Assembly (NCBI RefSeq): GCF_018977255.1
Contig: NW_024704743.1
Coordinates: 44,208,001-44,272,000, forward strand
Reading direction: 5' to 3'
Source: Callorhinchus milii
Taxonomy: Eukaryota
DNA: 64,000 nt
Part shown: positions 53,370 through 64,000 of the stretch, one piece after another
Layout: each line of letters begins with the position of its first letter
Position numbering within the stretch: the first letter of the stretch is position 1
Notes under the pieces: generated by a model
Database searches by the model: none
What the model was told of the DNA's origin: nothing
The model's input: the letters and a program-made list of their open reading frames with translations, nothing else
Program-made: the position numbers and the translations under genes

Positions 53370-53975
53370 AACAAAAACAACAACTTGCATTTATATAGCG
53401 GCCTTCAAGTGAGGTAGAGCCTGACAGTGGCGGAATCTGACCCCGAGGTGCGAGGGCATGAAGGATTTGAAAACAAGTGAGATGATCTTGAAATCAATCT
53501 GTTCGGTAATTGGGAGCCAATAGAGCCTTGCAAAGACTGGTGTGATGGGGGTACGGAGTTTTGTGTGGGTGAGTATCCGGATGGCGGAGTTTTGAATTAA
53601 TTGAATTTTGTGTATGGTGCAGCTCAGGAGACAAGTGAGGAGGGCATTGGAATAGTCCAGCTGGGAAGTGACGAAAGCATGGACGAGGATTTTGGCTGCT
53701 GTGGTTTTGAGGTACGGACGGAGGTGGACAATGTGACGGAGGTAGAAAAAAATAGTCCATGTCAGGGAATGGATGTGGGGTAGAAAGGAAAGCTGGGGAT
53801 CAAACATAAAGCCTAAGTTGCACACGGGTTCAGTGAGTCTGAGGGAGAGCCCAGGGAGGCTGAGGAGGTCAGACCCACCGGAGAGAAGACATGACTGGAG
53901 CCAAAAAGTATGGCTCCCATGTTGCCGACATTCAGCTGCAGGAAGTTTGGACTCATCCAGGCCTTGATGTCTGCA
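53370..53975 (-). mobile_element. L2 LINE 3' fragment
   Basis: ORF 53391-54008 (NLGFMFDPQLSFLPHI...LVHAFVTSQLDYSNALL...QLIQNSAIRILT...LYWLPITEQIDFKI); (AAC)n tail on the + strand. Confidence 0.92.
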
Positions 53976-56974
53976 GATCTCCTTGTATGCAATACACAAA
54001 GGAGCCATTTAAATACTTAAAGCATAACCTATTTATGCACAGTATTTCGACCTTAATCTAAAGGTTCAAGAGTTCAGCTGTCATTCAATGATTTTTAACA
54101 AACTTGGGAAATGCTGTTTTTCACACAGTGTACTCTCTGCAGTAACTGCTGCTGAGGGAGCAGCAGAAGAGCAACTGGGTGACAAGATCCGTTTTATGCA
54201 CTTGATAGTGATTTGAATTGTGAAAAGGAACACTATGTGTGCAGTACATCCTACTGTAGTATGCAAGACACAAAGTAGACATTTAATTGTAGATTTGTTT
54301 GTTTGAAGTTGCCTACGAATAGGAGAAATCAAGCTACATATGTTATTAGTGCAACTCAACAGTGTCCAATGTGGTATGTTCTATACATTATCTATTTAAT
54401 CAATTGTGGTAACAAGATTTTTCTTGGCCTCTGTATGCCTTTGATAACTCCAATCATGGGTTTGCTTTGTTGTAGACCCTACTGAGAGCTGATTATGGTC
54501 CTGAAAACTAAATACTGACGGCTGATTATGGAAACCATAAATCATCTTTATTGACATTTCAAAAATCCTGAATATGAATAGTGTTCAGTATGTTTCACAA
54601 TGTTTGAGTCAGAAGCTGGGATTTTACATTTAACTACTATCATAGCTTCTTGCAAACTGATGATAGTTGGTCGTGAGTTCACTTGTGATGAGAATATCAT
54701 GTTAACATCAGTTGACAAATTGTAATGATTTTCTGCTGTTAATCTAACACTTTGCAATTCATCTGTGTTAGTTTAATAGAATATACTCCTTGTTAACAAT
54801 AAATATCATGATTTCTGACTCCTCCATCTTGGGAGTGAGTCAACCTCTGTGGCAAAATTGCATGTTAAATGAAATATATCAAATTAAAACAAATTCTATA
54901 TACCCCCATTAATATTTTTTTCAGGTTTAGTGAATTAATCTGAAAGTATTATTGTTTTAAGACATTTTACTGTAACTAACATACGTTACCGGCTTCAAAA
55001 ATACATAAGTAATGTCTTTTGATTTTATTCCCCACTAATTATCCAACGAAAAGTATATATGAATGTTTGTGAGCAGGAAAGACCGTGCAGTCCGCTTGGC
55101 TGTTACCAAAATGTTTTGAAAAAAAATTCTGTATCTCTCATAGCCCACTTGAATTATTTGCCAAATAAGTAGTGTTTCTTAAACCGCACACCAGATAACC
55201 ACATGTCAGCTTCTCTGCGTCAGGGCTGAGATGCAGAAGTTAAGTTTCAGATAAAATCTGTAGTTTCGCTCTCGTAACTAGGTAACTGGCAGTTTGAGGT
55301 AGCTGTGTTTATTCATTTGATACAAGTACACTGTAGCATTTGAGACAGAGTAAGAGAGTGACAGAGCATGGAAAAACAAAATTGACCAACAAAAGTGATA
55401 GAAATGCACCTTACCTTTAATCCAGGCCTGTAAATAATAAAACCATCACATGATACTAAATTAGGAAATTCATAATTTCCTGATTGCTATTTTGGATTAG
55501 AGCATTTGTAATTCAAAACAAGAGAGTTCTTGAACTTCCTTTGAGAAAACTCCCCATACATCACTGTTCCCTTCAAAAAATGAAATTTTGAAGAAAACAT
55601 CTTGAATACCACCTGACAAAGCTATGCTTTAAGTATCAAAGATTCTTTTCTTAGAGTTTTGAAAAGTATGTGTAGGTAAAGGTCAGTTAATGCATCAGTC
55701 TGTTATTTTTGAAGATATTTGAAATATCTTGAAGCCATAGTGTCTTCCACTTGCAGTAATCAATGATTAATTTTACCAATAGGAAACAATTCTGATACAT
55801 TTACAAGAAGACACACGTCAGCACATATGTTGTTGAATGACAAACTGGGTTTGGTGATTAGTGCAGGCCTAGTTTAATCAACGTCATTCCACAACAGTAA
55901 AGAACTTTAGAGGAAATTGTTGAAAGTATCCAACCCACATATCTGCAATATGGCACCTGTAATACAACGCAACTTTTAGTTTCACTATAAATTACATGAA
56001 TCTTGAATGTTGCTTCTTTACATATGTGGCCATTTAAGTCATCTTTTGAAATAACAGGCTGATGCTTGAAATAGCTATCATTTCAGATATCAGTCTGACT
56101 CATTTATCAGTACTGTCACATCTGGGTCAGAAGGTTTTGGTTTCAAGCCCCATATCTGGACTTTAAACTCATAGTCTAAGCTCCCAATTCCCCAACATAT
56201 TAATTTCAAGATTAATTGAGCTTTCAGCCACAATACCTCTGGTCTCTTGAACTCTTTTCAAAAAATCCTGTGCTTCATATCCTCCATCTCTGCTTTCAAA
56301 ACACTTCAAAAAATCTATTTGACCATACCTTCGGTTGTCTCTCTCCTGACCCTTATATTCCAATTTGCTCATGTACCCACTCTGTTTTTTGAAACTATTT
56401 GGCACATTCTGCCTACATGAATGGTGCTATGTAAGAGCAAGTTTGATATGATGATTGATAAATTCTGAACTCTTTGACATGTTCCAGCACTCTTGTCAAA
56501 CTTGTCAACTCTGCAAAATCCTAGGAATTAAATTCACAAACTCAGATGGGTGAAGCTTCACCAATTGCAGGACTAAGAAGTTTTACACTGTGACACTTTG
56601 CACTCCATATGTGCAGCTAAATTGGATCCTCATTATATGCAGTGTTTGAGATCCATAAAATTTTGTTGCAGGAAATGATAGCCCATTTCACTGTACATGT
56701 CCACAGCCAGTCAGATTGCTCTCTTGCCAGCTAACTGCACTAAAAGAAATCTGGCTAACTTCCCGGTTATTGGTCATCACCACCAACATTGCTTCCTGTT
56801 AGCTATGCAAACATAAAATGGTGTGATATCTGGTTTCACTGCACCAAGACACGCACACTGGTTCGTTCCCAAGCCTCAAAAAAGACTGACTTCCAGGTAA
56901 TGAGATCACCACTGATGTCATTACCAGTTTTGCGCAGCAAATAAGCAGTAAAAGGTCCTGATTTCAATGTCGTT

Positions 56975-57200
56975 AGGATTCCGCCAGTGTCATTAAGAGA
57001 AGGGAGATTGTATCAGTGTTCCGGCCAACAATTCCCCAAATGACATTGGCCATTCACTTGATGGCTGTTTGTGGGACATTGCTGCGTGCAAATTGACTGC
57101 CATATTCTTCCACAAAACATGCAGTCACACTGTATTCTGTGAAATGCTTTGAGACGCCCTCCCACTATATTATGCATTATGACAAGGCGTCACTGTAATA
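56975..57200 (+). mobile_element. Deu-type SINE 3' part (a similar fragment lies at ~57470-57680)
   Basis: GTGTTCCGGCCAAC...CATTCACTTGATGGCTGTTTGTGGGACATTGCTGCGTGCAAATTG...GTGAAATGCTTTGAGAC. Confidence 0.7.
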
Positions 57201-57864
57201 AAGCACCCAATTTTAGTTATTTTAAATTACATTAGTACATAAGCAAGTAATAAAGGGGAATCCCGTTATAGTGCCCTCCGCTAGAGCGCTGCCTCGATTC
57301 TGCACAAGCCTAGTGGGGACCCATACGAATAGGAAGCATAGTCGACCTGGCTTCTGTTGCTGCCAACCCTCCACCTCACCCTCTCTTTATCTATTTTTAA
57401 ATACCACCTTAAGACTTACCTCTTTGACCACGTCTATGGTCACCATCCCCTTCTGTTCAGGTGCTCAGTGAAGATCCCTTGGCACTGTTCAGAAAAGTGA
57501 AGGAAATTTCTCTTGGTGTCCTGGCCAACAATCCTTCAACTAAAATTAGTCATTTACTTCATGTTGTTTGTGGATCATTTCTTTGTGCAAATTGATTGAA
57601 GCATTCATCTGCACTTAATACTAAAATCCCTGTTAAAGGGTTTTGACGACACAAGGTGCTATATCAAAACAATAATTCTATTATTGTTTTCTGTGCAATA
57701 AAGCTGTTGTGGTTAAGCTAAGAATAGTTTACCTACCTCAAGGATGTGGTGGAATAAAGTTAACAGAAGAAGTGCCAATTCAGGGAGAAACCTTTTGAAA
57801 AATTCAGTTGAAAAACATCCGGTCTCAGAGCTTTACCAGACTGAGGGGTTTTGCTACAGGTTCT

Positions 57865-59170
57865 TTGAGGCAAGGCGGGGGACATGAAGCAGGTCGGAGT
57901 CTGCTGAGCAGAGGGAGCGGGCAGGTTGGTAGGGGGTGAGGAGATCGCAAAGGTAGGGAGGAGCAAGACCATGGAGGGCTTTGAAGGTGAGGACCAGAAT
58001 CTTGAACTGTATCCTCTGTTTGATGGGAAGCCAGTGGAACTGGGCGAGGATGGGGGTGATAGGGTCACGGAGCCTGGTGTGGGAGCAGACAAGGGCAGCA
58101 GAGTTCTGGACGATCTGCAGCTATGGAGGGAGGAGTTGGAGCGGCCGACAACCAGGGAGTTTGTGTAGTCGAGTCTGGATGTTATGAATGCTTGTATGAG
58201 GGTTTTGGCAGCCTGCAGGGTGAGACAATGGTGGAGCCGAGCGATGTTGCGGAGGTGGGGAAAGACAGAGTGGGTCATGGCACTGATGTGGGGTATGAAG
58301 GACAGTTGAAGGTCAAACCGGACCCCAAGGTTCTGCATTGGCTCAATGAGATGTACAGTGCAGCCATGGATGGTGATGCTGTCAGTGCCTGAGGTATGGA
58401 GGTGCTAACAGGAGCCAAGCAGGAGGGCCTCGGTCTTGTTGGAATTCAATTGTTGGAAGTTATCTTTCACCTAGTACTTGATGTCTGACAGACATTCTGT
58501 GAGGACAGCAGTGGTCCTGGGTTGATGGTGGAGGCAGAGAGATAGAGTTGGGTGTCATCCGCATACATGTGGAAGTTGACCCCATGTCTGCAGATGGTGT
58601 CACCAAGAAGGAGCACATAGATATTGAAAAGGAGAGGGTCAAGGACAGAGCCCTGAGGGATGCACGTGATGGTGCGGGGGCTGGAAGAGAAGCCATTAGT
58701 GCCGACAAAGTGGAGACGGTGGGAGAGGTAGGATTTGAACCAAGCAAGGGCAGGTCCGCAAAGTTTGAGCTGAGAGGAGAGGCGGTGTAGAAGCATAGAG
58801 TGGCCAACAATGTCGAAGGCAGGAGAGATGTCGAGGAGGACAATGAGGCAGATGTTCAGAATGTCGTTGGTGACTTTGACCAGGGCTGTCTCCATGCTGT
58901 GGGCAGCAAGAATGGAGGAGAGGGAGTTGTGGAGAAGAGAGATCGAGGAGGGTAGGTCATTGTGAGAGGAGGGCCAGAGGAGCAGGAGTTTGGTTGACTC
59001 CAGGACAGCGGAGAGGGAGTGGAGGGAGATTGTTTTCCTGGGGTGGTAGGTGATAGAAGTGGGTTGAGCAGGGGGAAGGTGTACGGAGGTGTTAAAGGAA
59101 ATGGTGGGAGAGGTAGGATTCGAACCAGGTAAGGGCAGGTCCACAAGATTGAGCTGAGAGGAGAGGCATA
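57865..59170 (-). mobile_element. Rearranged L2 LINE RT fragment
   Basis: ORF 58467-59144 (HSMETALVKVTNDIL...LLDISPAFDIVGH...IPQGSVLDPLLF...HMYADDTQLY) and ORF 57760-58338 (NLGVRFD...FITSRLDYTNSL). Confidence 0.93.
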
Positions 59171-60200
59171 GAGTTAATATAAGGTGGCATAGAATTTAGT
59201 GATTTCCTTATATCACCTGGGTTGCCTATCTGTCATCTTTACTCACACGCTCAGGTGCCACAGTTTTGAGTCTGTATTTGTAGCACATACTCAAGCAGCT
59301 TACTGGGCTTATCACCATGATAGGAATATTTAGCCTTGATTTAATAAAACCATCATTCCACATTCAAGTTAGGTTGAGTATTAAGATCCCCCCATGTCTG
59401 TATTAAATCTTTTTTCACACTCAACATCCTTTGTCACTTGTGAGTGGCTTCCAAGTTAACTGCTTTGCCTCCTTTTCCAGGACCCATTAGGCCTGAAGCT
59501 TACGGAGATTATGTGCCGAAGTATAGTGATAATATGGCCCTGGAGCACTGCTTTGGCTGATTCCCATAACAGTGTGGGCAAGGTGCCTGGCTTTTAATTC
59601 TCTTCAATAAAAAGAGGCAGCCTACCTAGTACAAATGGATGCAGAAAAAAATCAGGTTTCCCAGGAGAGATCTGTTAAGTCACCATTGGTCAGTCTTAGA
59701 TGAAAGGCTTGCCAATGTCAATTTCCTACTGATAGGAGCGTGATATGAAACAGCAATATTTCAATTTTACATCCTTTTACTCTAAGCAGGTTGGATTCTT
59801 TCACGGGGAAGTAGTCCAGCCTGGAGTAAGATTTGTGAGGTTTTGATTAAAAGGCAAAATCACATCTCTCTTGGGTGCAAGGCAACCAGACATCAATCAA
59901 ACCTAGTTCATTATAGCCCTGCAAAAAAGCCCTGGTGGCCAGACTTGGCCATTCTGACCCCCTTCCCCCGGTACTTGATCTATTTATGATAACAGAGTGC
60001 AATTAAAATTACCCCCTACCATACCCCTCCCGCCCATATGTGGGGCCAACGGAAGAAAACTTGTCATTGGAAATGTGGAAAAATCCACATTAGGGACATA
60101 GATATTTAAAACGTATTTTTAAAAAAAATCTTTTAGGTGTCAACCAGGTTCGTTTGGTAGCATTCTCTCCTCTGAGTCAGAAGGTTATGGGTTTAAACCC

Positions 60201-60745
60201 CATACCCAACTGGCAGCCTATGGCCCACATCCAGCCTGGGAGATGATGAGCATTCGAACCTGTCAATCACACTAGCAGGAAAGAGGCACAGAGACACTCA
60301 CAGACAGAAAGAGAGAGATACAGAGACCCACACAGACAGAAAGAGAAACACACAGAGACAGAAAGAGAGCGAGTGAGACAGAGAAAGAGAGACAGATACA
60401 GAAACACACATAGTCAGAGGGAGAGACAGACAGAGAGAGAGAGAGAGATCCAGAGACATACACACAGGAAGGAAAGACACAGATACAGAGAGAGACATAG
60501 CGACAGATACCTTGTCGCTGGCTGCATTATTATTTTCAAATTTGCATGAATTTTTACATTGCCTATTTCAAGTTTGCTTTGTAACTAAAATATAGTGAAG
60601 TTAAGCAATACAGTTACACAATTTAAACCACAGGATTTCTATGATTCTATGGAAGGGTAACACAAAATTATTGCTTATGGAGCCCATGGACGTTTTCTCA
60701 AATCCAGCTTTTGGCCCTCAGCAGCCAAAAGGTTGGATCACCCAG
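60201..60745. mobile_element. hAT (Charlie-like) non-autonomous element
   Basis: Left CCCAACTGGCAGCCTATGGCCCACATCCAGCC; right TGGCCCTCAGCAGCCAAAAGGTTGGATCACCCAG followed by GTCTAGGC (TCTAG-core target). Confidence 0.6.
60275..60508. repeat. Degenerate (AG/AC)n low-complexity microsatellite
   Basis: GAGACAGA/CACAGAGA-type runs; source of the spurious SL-rich ORFs at 60272-60498. Confidence 0.95.
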
Positions 60746-62404
60746 GTCTAGGCTGACACTTCAGTGCAGTACTGGGGGATGGGGTCCTTCAGATGAAACT
60801 TTAAACCAAGGTCCCGTCTGCTCACTCAGGTGAAAGTTAAAGATTCCGTGAGACTATTCAAAAAGAAATAAGAGTTTCTGTGAGTGTCCTGACCAACAAT
60901 CCTCCAAATAAAAGTATCTTTCACCGCACAATTTTTTGTGGGACATTTGAGTATGCAAGTTGGCTGTTGCATTTGCCTATCAAATACAGTCAATACACTT
61001 TACAGCAAGTCCTATGATGTGCTTTGAGACATTCTCCCAACTTGAAAAGCACAATGTCAAATGCAAGGATTATTACCATGCTTATTATTTCATTATTAAA
61101 ATACATAATTTCCCCCACCCCCCCTCAAAGGCCCAGTTGCTAAAGACATTGCCTGAGATAAGTCATAGCAATCTGAATATTCTAGATATGAAATAAAATA
61201 AAGGTCTGTCCTAACTTAGGTGACTGGGGTAGCAGTTATAGGCTACAATTGGCTTTAGTGCTCCCTGGGCTAGGTAGGGGAATCATCATCTTAGATTCCC
61301 ACTCCCGATTACTACCTCCTGGAAAGTGTTCATCTTTCTGGACAAGAATGGCCTTGATTGTAACATTATATATTCAATAGCTTCTTGACACTCTGATGTG
61401 AGGAATGGCCACTTAGGTTGAGGTACGAGAAGACAACTGGCTTCATGGAACTGTATCCCAGCAAACGGTTAGAGCCTTCGGGAGAGGAAGGAGAGACACA
61501 GTTTGGAAAATAAAAACATATAATTGAGCTATCTGTACTAGGAAGAGGTTTAGAAGTAGATAACCTTTGTTTCAGCAAAGTAAAACGCACAGGAAAGTCC
61601 ACCTCTTTTGGACGTAAAGTAGTGCTTAAGTGTATATAAAAAATAGGAACATGTTGGAGAATGCCATGGTTAAAACAAATTGTGAGCTATTCATGTGTTA
61701 CTGCATATAGATAACAAACACGAACAACTTGGAAGCTGAAGTGCCCTTTAGAAGACAGATTGAGAAATCATTTGTTTAGTGTATTTAGTTCAGAAATGCT
61801 GTTGCAGGATTAACATTATCTAAGTGAATGAATGAACTCCCACGGGTCCACAGAACTACAATTATGAAGTATTTTATTTTGCTTTTTGTGGAGATACTGG
61901 TGACCTTAAACAGCTGCTTAGTTTTTACTTGGCACTGCTTCCTTCAGCATGATTTATGCCATTAGTCATTCCATGCCATTAGATTAATTATTCTTAAATT
62001 CGAAATTGTTTGCACTATTTTAATATGTGGTAGTGCTTTGTGTCTCATGATATTAACTTCATTGTGTAACTAAAATTATACAATACTTATGGAAAAAGGA
62101 ATTTGTTAGCATTTTTAGCTTTTTAGATAATATTATGTGTTTGTTGAAATTTTCCACCAAATCTGGCATTTTGTTAGGGCAGCTCTTATAATACAGTAGA
62201 AAGTCAAAGAAATTAACACAATTACTGTTGATATTGAGCGTCTCCTTACTTTCTGTGAACTATGGAGAGCACATGGTGTACAGTGTGTACAGATCTAAAA
62301 GAATGAATCGTTCTGTATAGTAAATTTCTATGGTTTTATGGAGTATTGTGTACAATTTAATAATCCCTCCAAAATAATCCCTCCAAAAAAATAAAACAAT
62401 AATA

Positions 62405-62587
62405 AATTGGTCATTTTCAATCCATATGACTGTTTGTGGGACATTGCTGTGCGCAATTGGCTGCCACGTTCGCCCACAAATATACAGTCAATTCATTTTA
62501 CAGTGTGTTCTGTGAAGCGCTTTCGGACATCCTCCCAACGTGAAAAGCACTATATCAAATGCAAGGATTATTATTTTTATTATTATA
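62405..62587 (+). mobile_element. 3' module of the composite SINE (headless; similar copies at ~18445-18560, 19535-19712, 24355-24515)
   Basis: TTGGTCA...CAATCCATATGACTGTTTGTGGGACATTGCTGTGCGCAATTGGCTGCC...CTATATCAAATGCAAGGATTATT. Confidence 0.8.
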
Positions 62588-62639
62588 ACTTTGGGTATCA
62601 TTAAATGAAGGATTTTACAGCTATTAAAACTATGGTAAG

Positions 62640-63080
62640 AGAAGGATATGTTCACTGAGATCATACCCAAATGAGAGAGTATAGTTATGTTCCAAGACTC
62701 AAAAATGTGGCTGTATTCACTGGAGTATGGAAGGATAAGCAGGGGAATAAATGTGTTTGAATGTGTTAAAAATTCTGAAAGAATTTCAGGTGGTAACCAA
62801 CAAAAGAATATTTCCCTTGGTTAGTGAATCAGTAGCAAGAGGGATTAAACTCATGTATTACTAGAAATACATAAAGGGTGATATTAGAAGAACTATTTAC
62901 AGTGTGGAATGAATGATCACAAGGAGCTAATGAAACCGAAGTCAGTTATGTCACTTAAGAAGGAATTAAATAGCTGCTTCAAGCGTAAAGAGATAAAGGG
63001 TATAGGGCACGGAAATGGGATTAAAAATACTCCAGTGAGTAGCTAGCATGTCAGTAAATGGTAAATGTCTTGTAATGATA
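62640..63080 (+). mobile_element. Old CR1 3' fragment
   Basis: Eroded LYSLEYGRISRG...VLKILK motif and CR1 3' UTR-like GGGTATAGGGCACGGAAATGGGATT. Confidence 0.6.
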
Positions 63081-63399
63081 ATTTCTTTATTGTACATAAA
63101 GAATATTGAATGAAAGTCAATAGCAATACAAAATTATTGCTTTAATGTTGCTGAAATCTGGATTATTTTGTGCTCCATTCACAAGATCATTTGTGATAAA
63201 TATTAAAATTCATTTCACATTGTTCAGTGCAGGAAGTTGGAAATAATCAAAAGTAGGATTAACTGAGCATTGGTTGCGTGTGTGTGTGCCGTAATTGCAG
63301 ACAAAGAAATTATTTGGTCACAGATATAAGAGATTAATTCAGAGATAACACTGATGGTGGAGTGGGGGTGGTATGGTAAACAATGATGAGATGAACAGG

Positions 63400-63800
63400 C
63401 TTGCAGAAAGGATAATTCATGTGTCAATTAATCTTTAATGTAGAGAAATATGGAAGTGATAATGAAGCCCACTATATTCTGGGTTATAATTATGAAAGGA
63501 ATTGATAAAGTGGATGTTAATAATCTGTTTCAACTTTTTGGTGAGTCCAAAACAAAGGAACATAAATATAAGCAGATCTAAATGGGAGTTTAGGAGGAAA
63601 CTCTTTAAGCAAAGAGTGTGGCACCTTCTGCCAGAAGCTGTGATTGAAACAAAAATCATCACTATATTTAAGGGGAATCTTGATGCACGCATGAGGGAGA
63701 AGTGAATAAAGGATAGGGGATTAGAAGGGTTGTAGGCTCATGTGGAGTATTAGACCAAATGCCTGTTTCGGTTCTGTCTATGTAATCTTATGTAAATAAA
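63400..63800 (+). mobile_element. Old CR1 3' fragment
   Basis: ORF 63502-63705 (FRRKLFKQRVWHLLPEAVIETKIITIFKGNLD) is a CR1 ORF2 C-terminus. Confidence 0.7.
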
Positions 63801-64000
63801 TGATTGAAAACACATCTTATTCAGTGCTGTGTAGGTTGTAGATTTCATAATTGTGTTCTCTATGTTCACTGTTGCTGTTTTATCATTTGCTTCTTAAAAC
63901 ACGTCAGGGGTGGATGGAAGGAAAAAGACATGTTTGGCAACGGAATGTTGTAATCAAGCTCGCTGTTTGTGGCGGTCTTGGTAGTCCTGTTCCCGAGCCA

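Larger units (their letters stand above)
28776..53432 (+). repeat. Copy B of the ~24.7 kb direct duplication (every element listed for 3938-28674 recurs here at about +24,750)
   Basis: Same start and end sequence as copy A. It differs by a 79-bp deletion (copy A 4173-4251), small indels and SNPs, and continues past 53432 into an L2 that is cut by the gap in copy A. Confidence 0.98.
60140..61075 (+). mobile_element. Deu-type SINE split by a DNA-transposon insertion
   Basis: tRNA head GGTAGCATTCTCTCCTCTGAGTCAGAAGGTTATGGGTTTAAACCCCA at ~60155-60202; the body resumes at 60747 (TCTAGGCTGACACTTCAGTGCAGTACTG) and ends in CAAATGCAAGGATTATT. Confidence 0.75.

Noticed and set aside
56549..56562. Short palindromes (GGTGAAGCTTCACC here; also ~27052-27069 and ~60072-60091)
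   Set aside because: Short enough to be expected by chance in 64 kb.
58467..59144. 225-aa ORF with YADD as a functional or domesticated reverse transcriptase
   Set aside because: Truncated, rearranged and frameshifted L2 ORF2 with degraded motifs.
60272..60498. Ser/Leu/Val/Cys-rich ORFs
   Set aside because: Translation of an AG/AC microsatellite.
1..64000. CRISPR arrays, operons or other prokaryote-type systems
   Set aside because: No regularly spaced repeat-spacer array and no dense coding; the recurring motifs are dispersed SINE/LINE tails in vertebrate DNA.

Overview
Vertebrate, repeat-rich, essentially non-coding genomic DNA. The CR1 and L2 LINEs, tRNA-headed Deu-type SINEs and Tc1/mariner and hAT MITEs point to a cartilaginous fish, possibly a chimaera such as Callorhinchus (inference). 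The dominant structure is a near-identical ~24.7 kb direct duplication (3938-28674 and 28776-53432) separated by a 30-N assembly gap. It most likely represents two uncollapsed haplotype contigs rather than a real tandem duplication. The only recognisable gene-derived sequence is an intronless, disabled retrocopy of a FAPP-family PH-domain gene (PLEKHA3/PLEKHA8 family), present once per copy (ATG at 24612 and 49375) and absent from the ORF track. The longer ORF-track entries are mostly degenerate LINE ORF2 pieces or their antisense; the rest were not recognisable. I found no intact protein-coding gene and no convincing novel biological system. The best leads are the retrocopy's parent, the duplication's status, several nested TE insertions, a composite SINE, and a speculative minus-strand three-exon chain near a RUNX/GATA motif cluster. 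TE boundaries were set by eye and are approximate.
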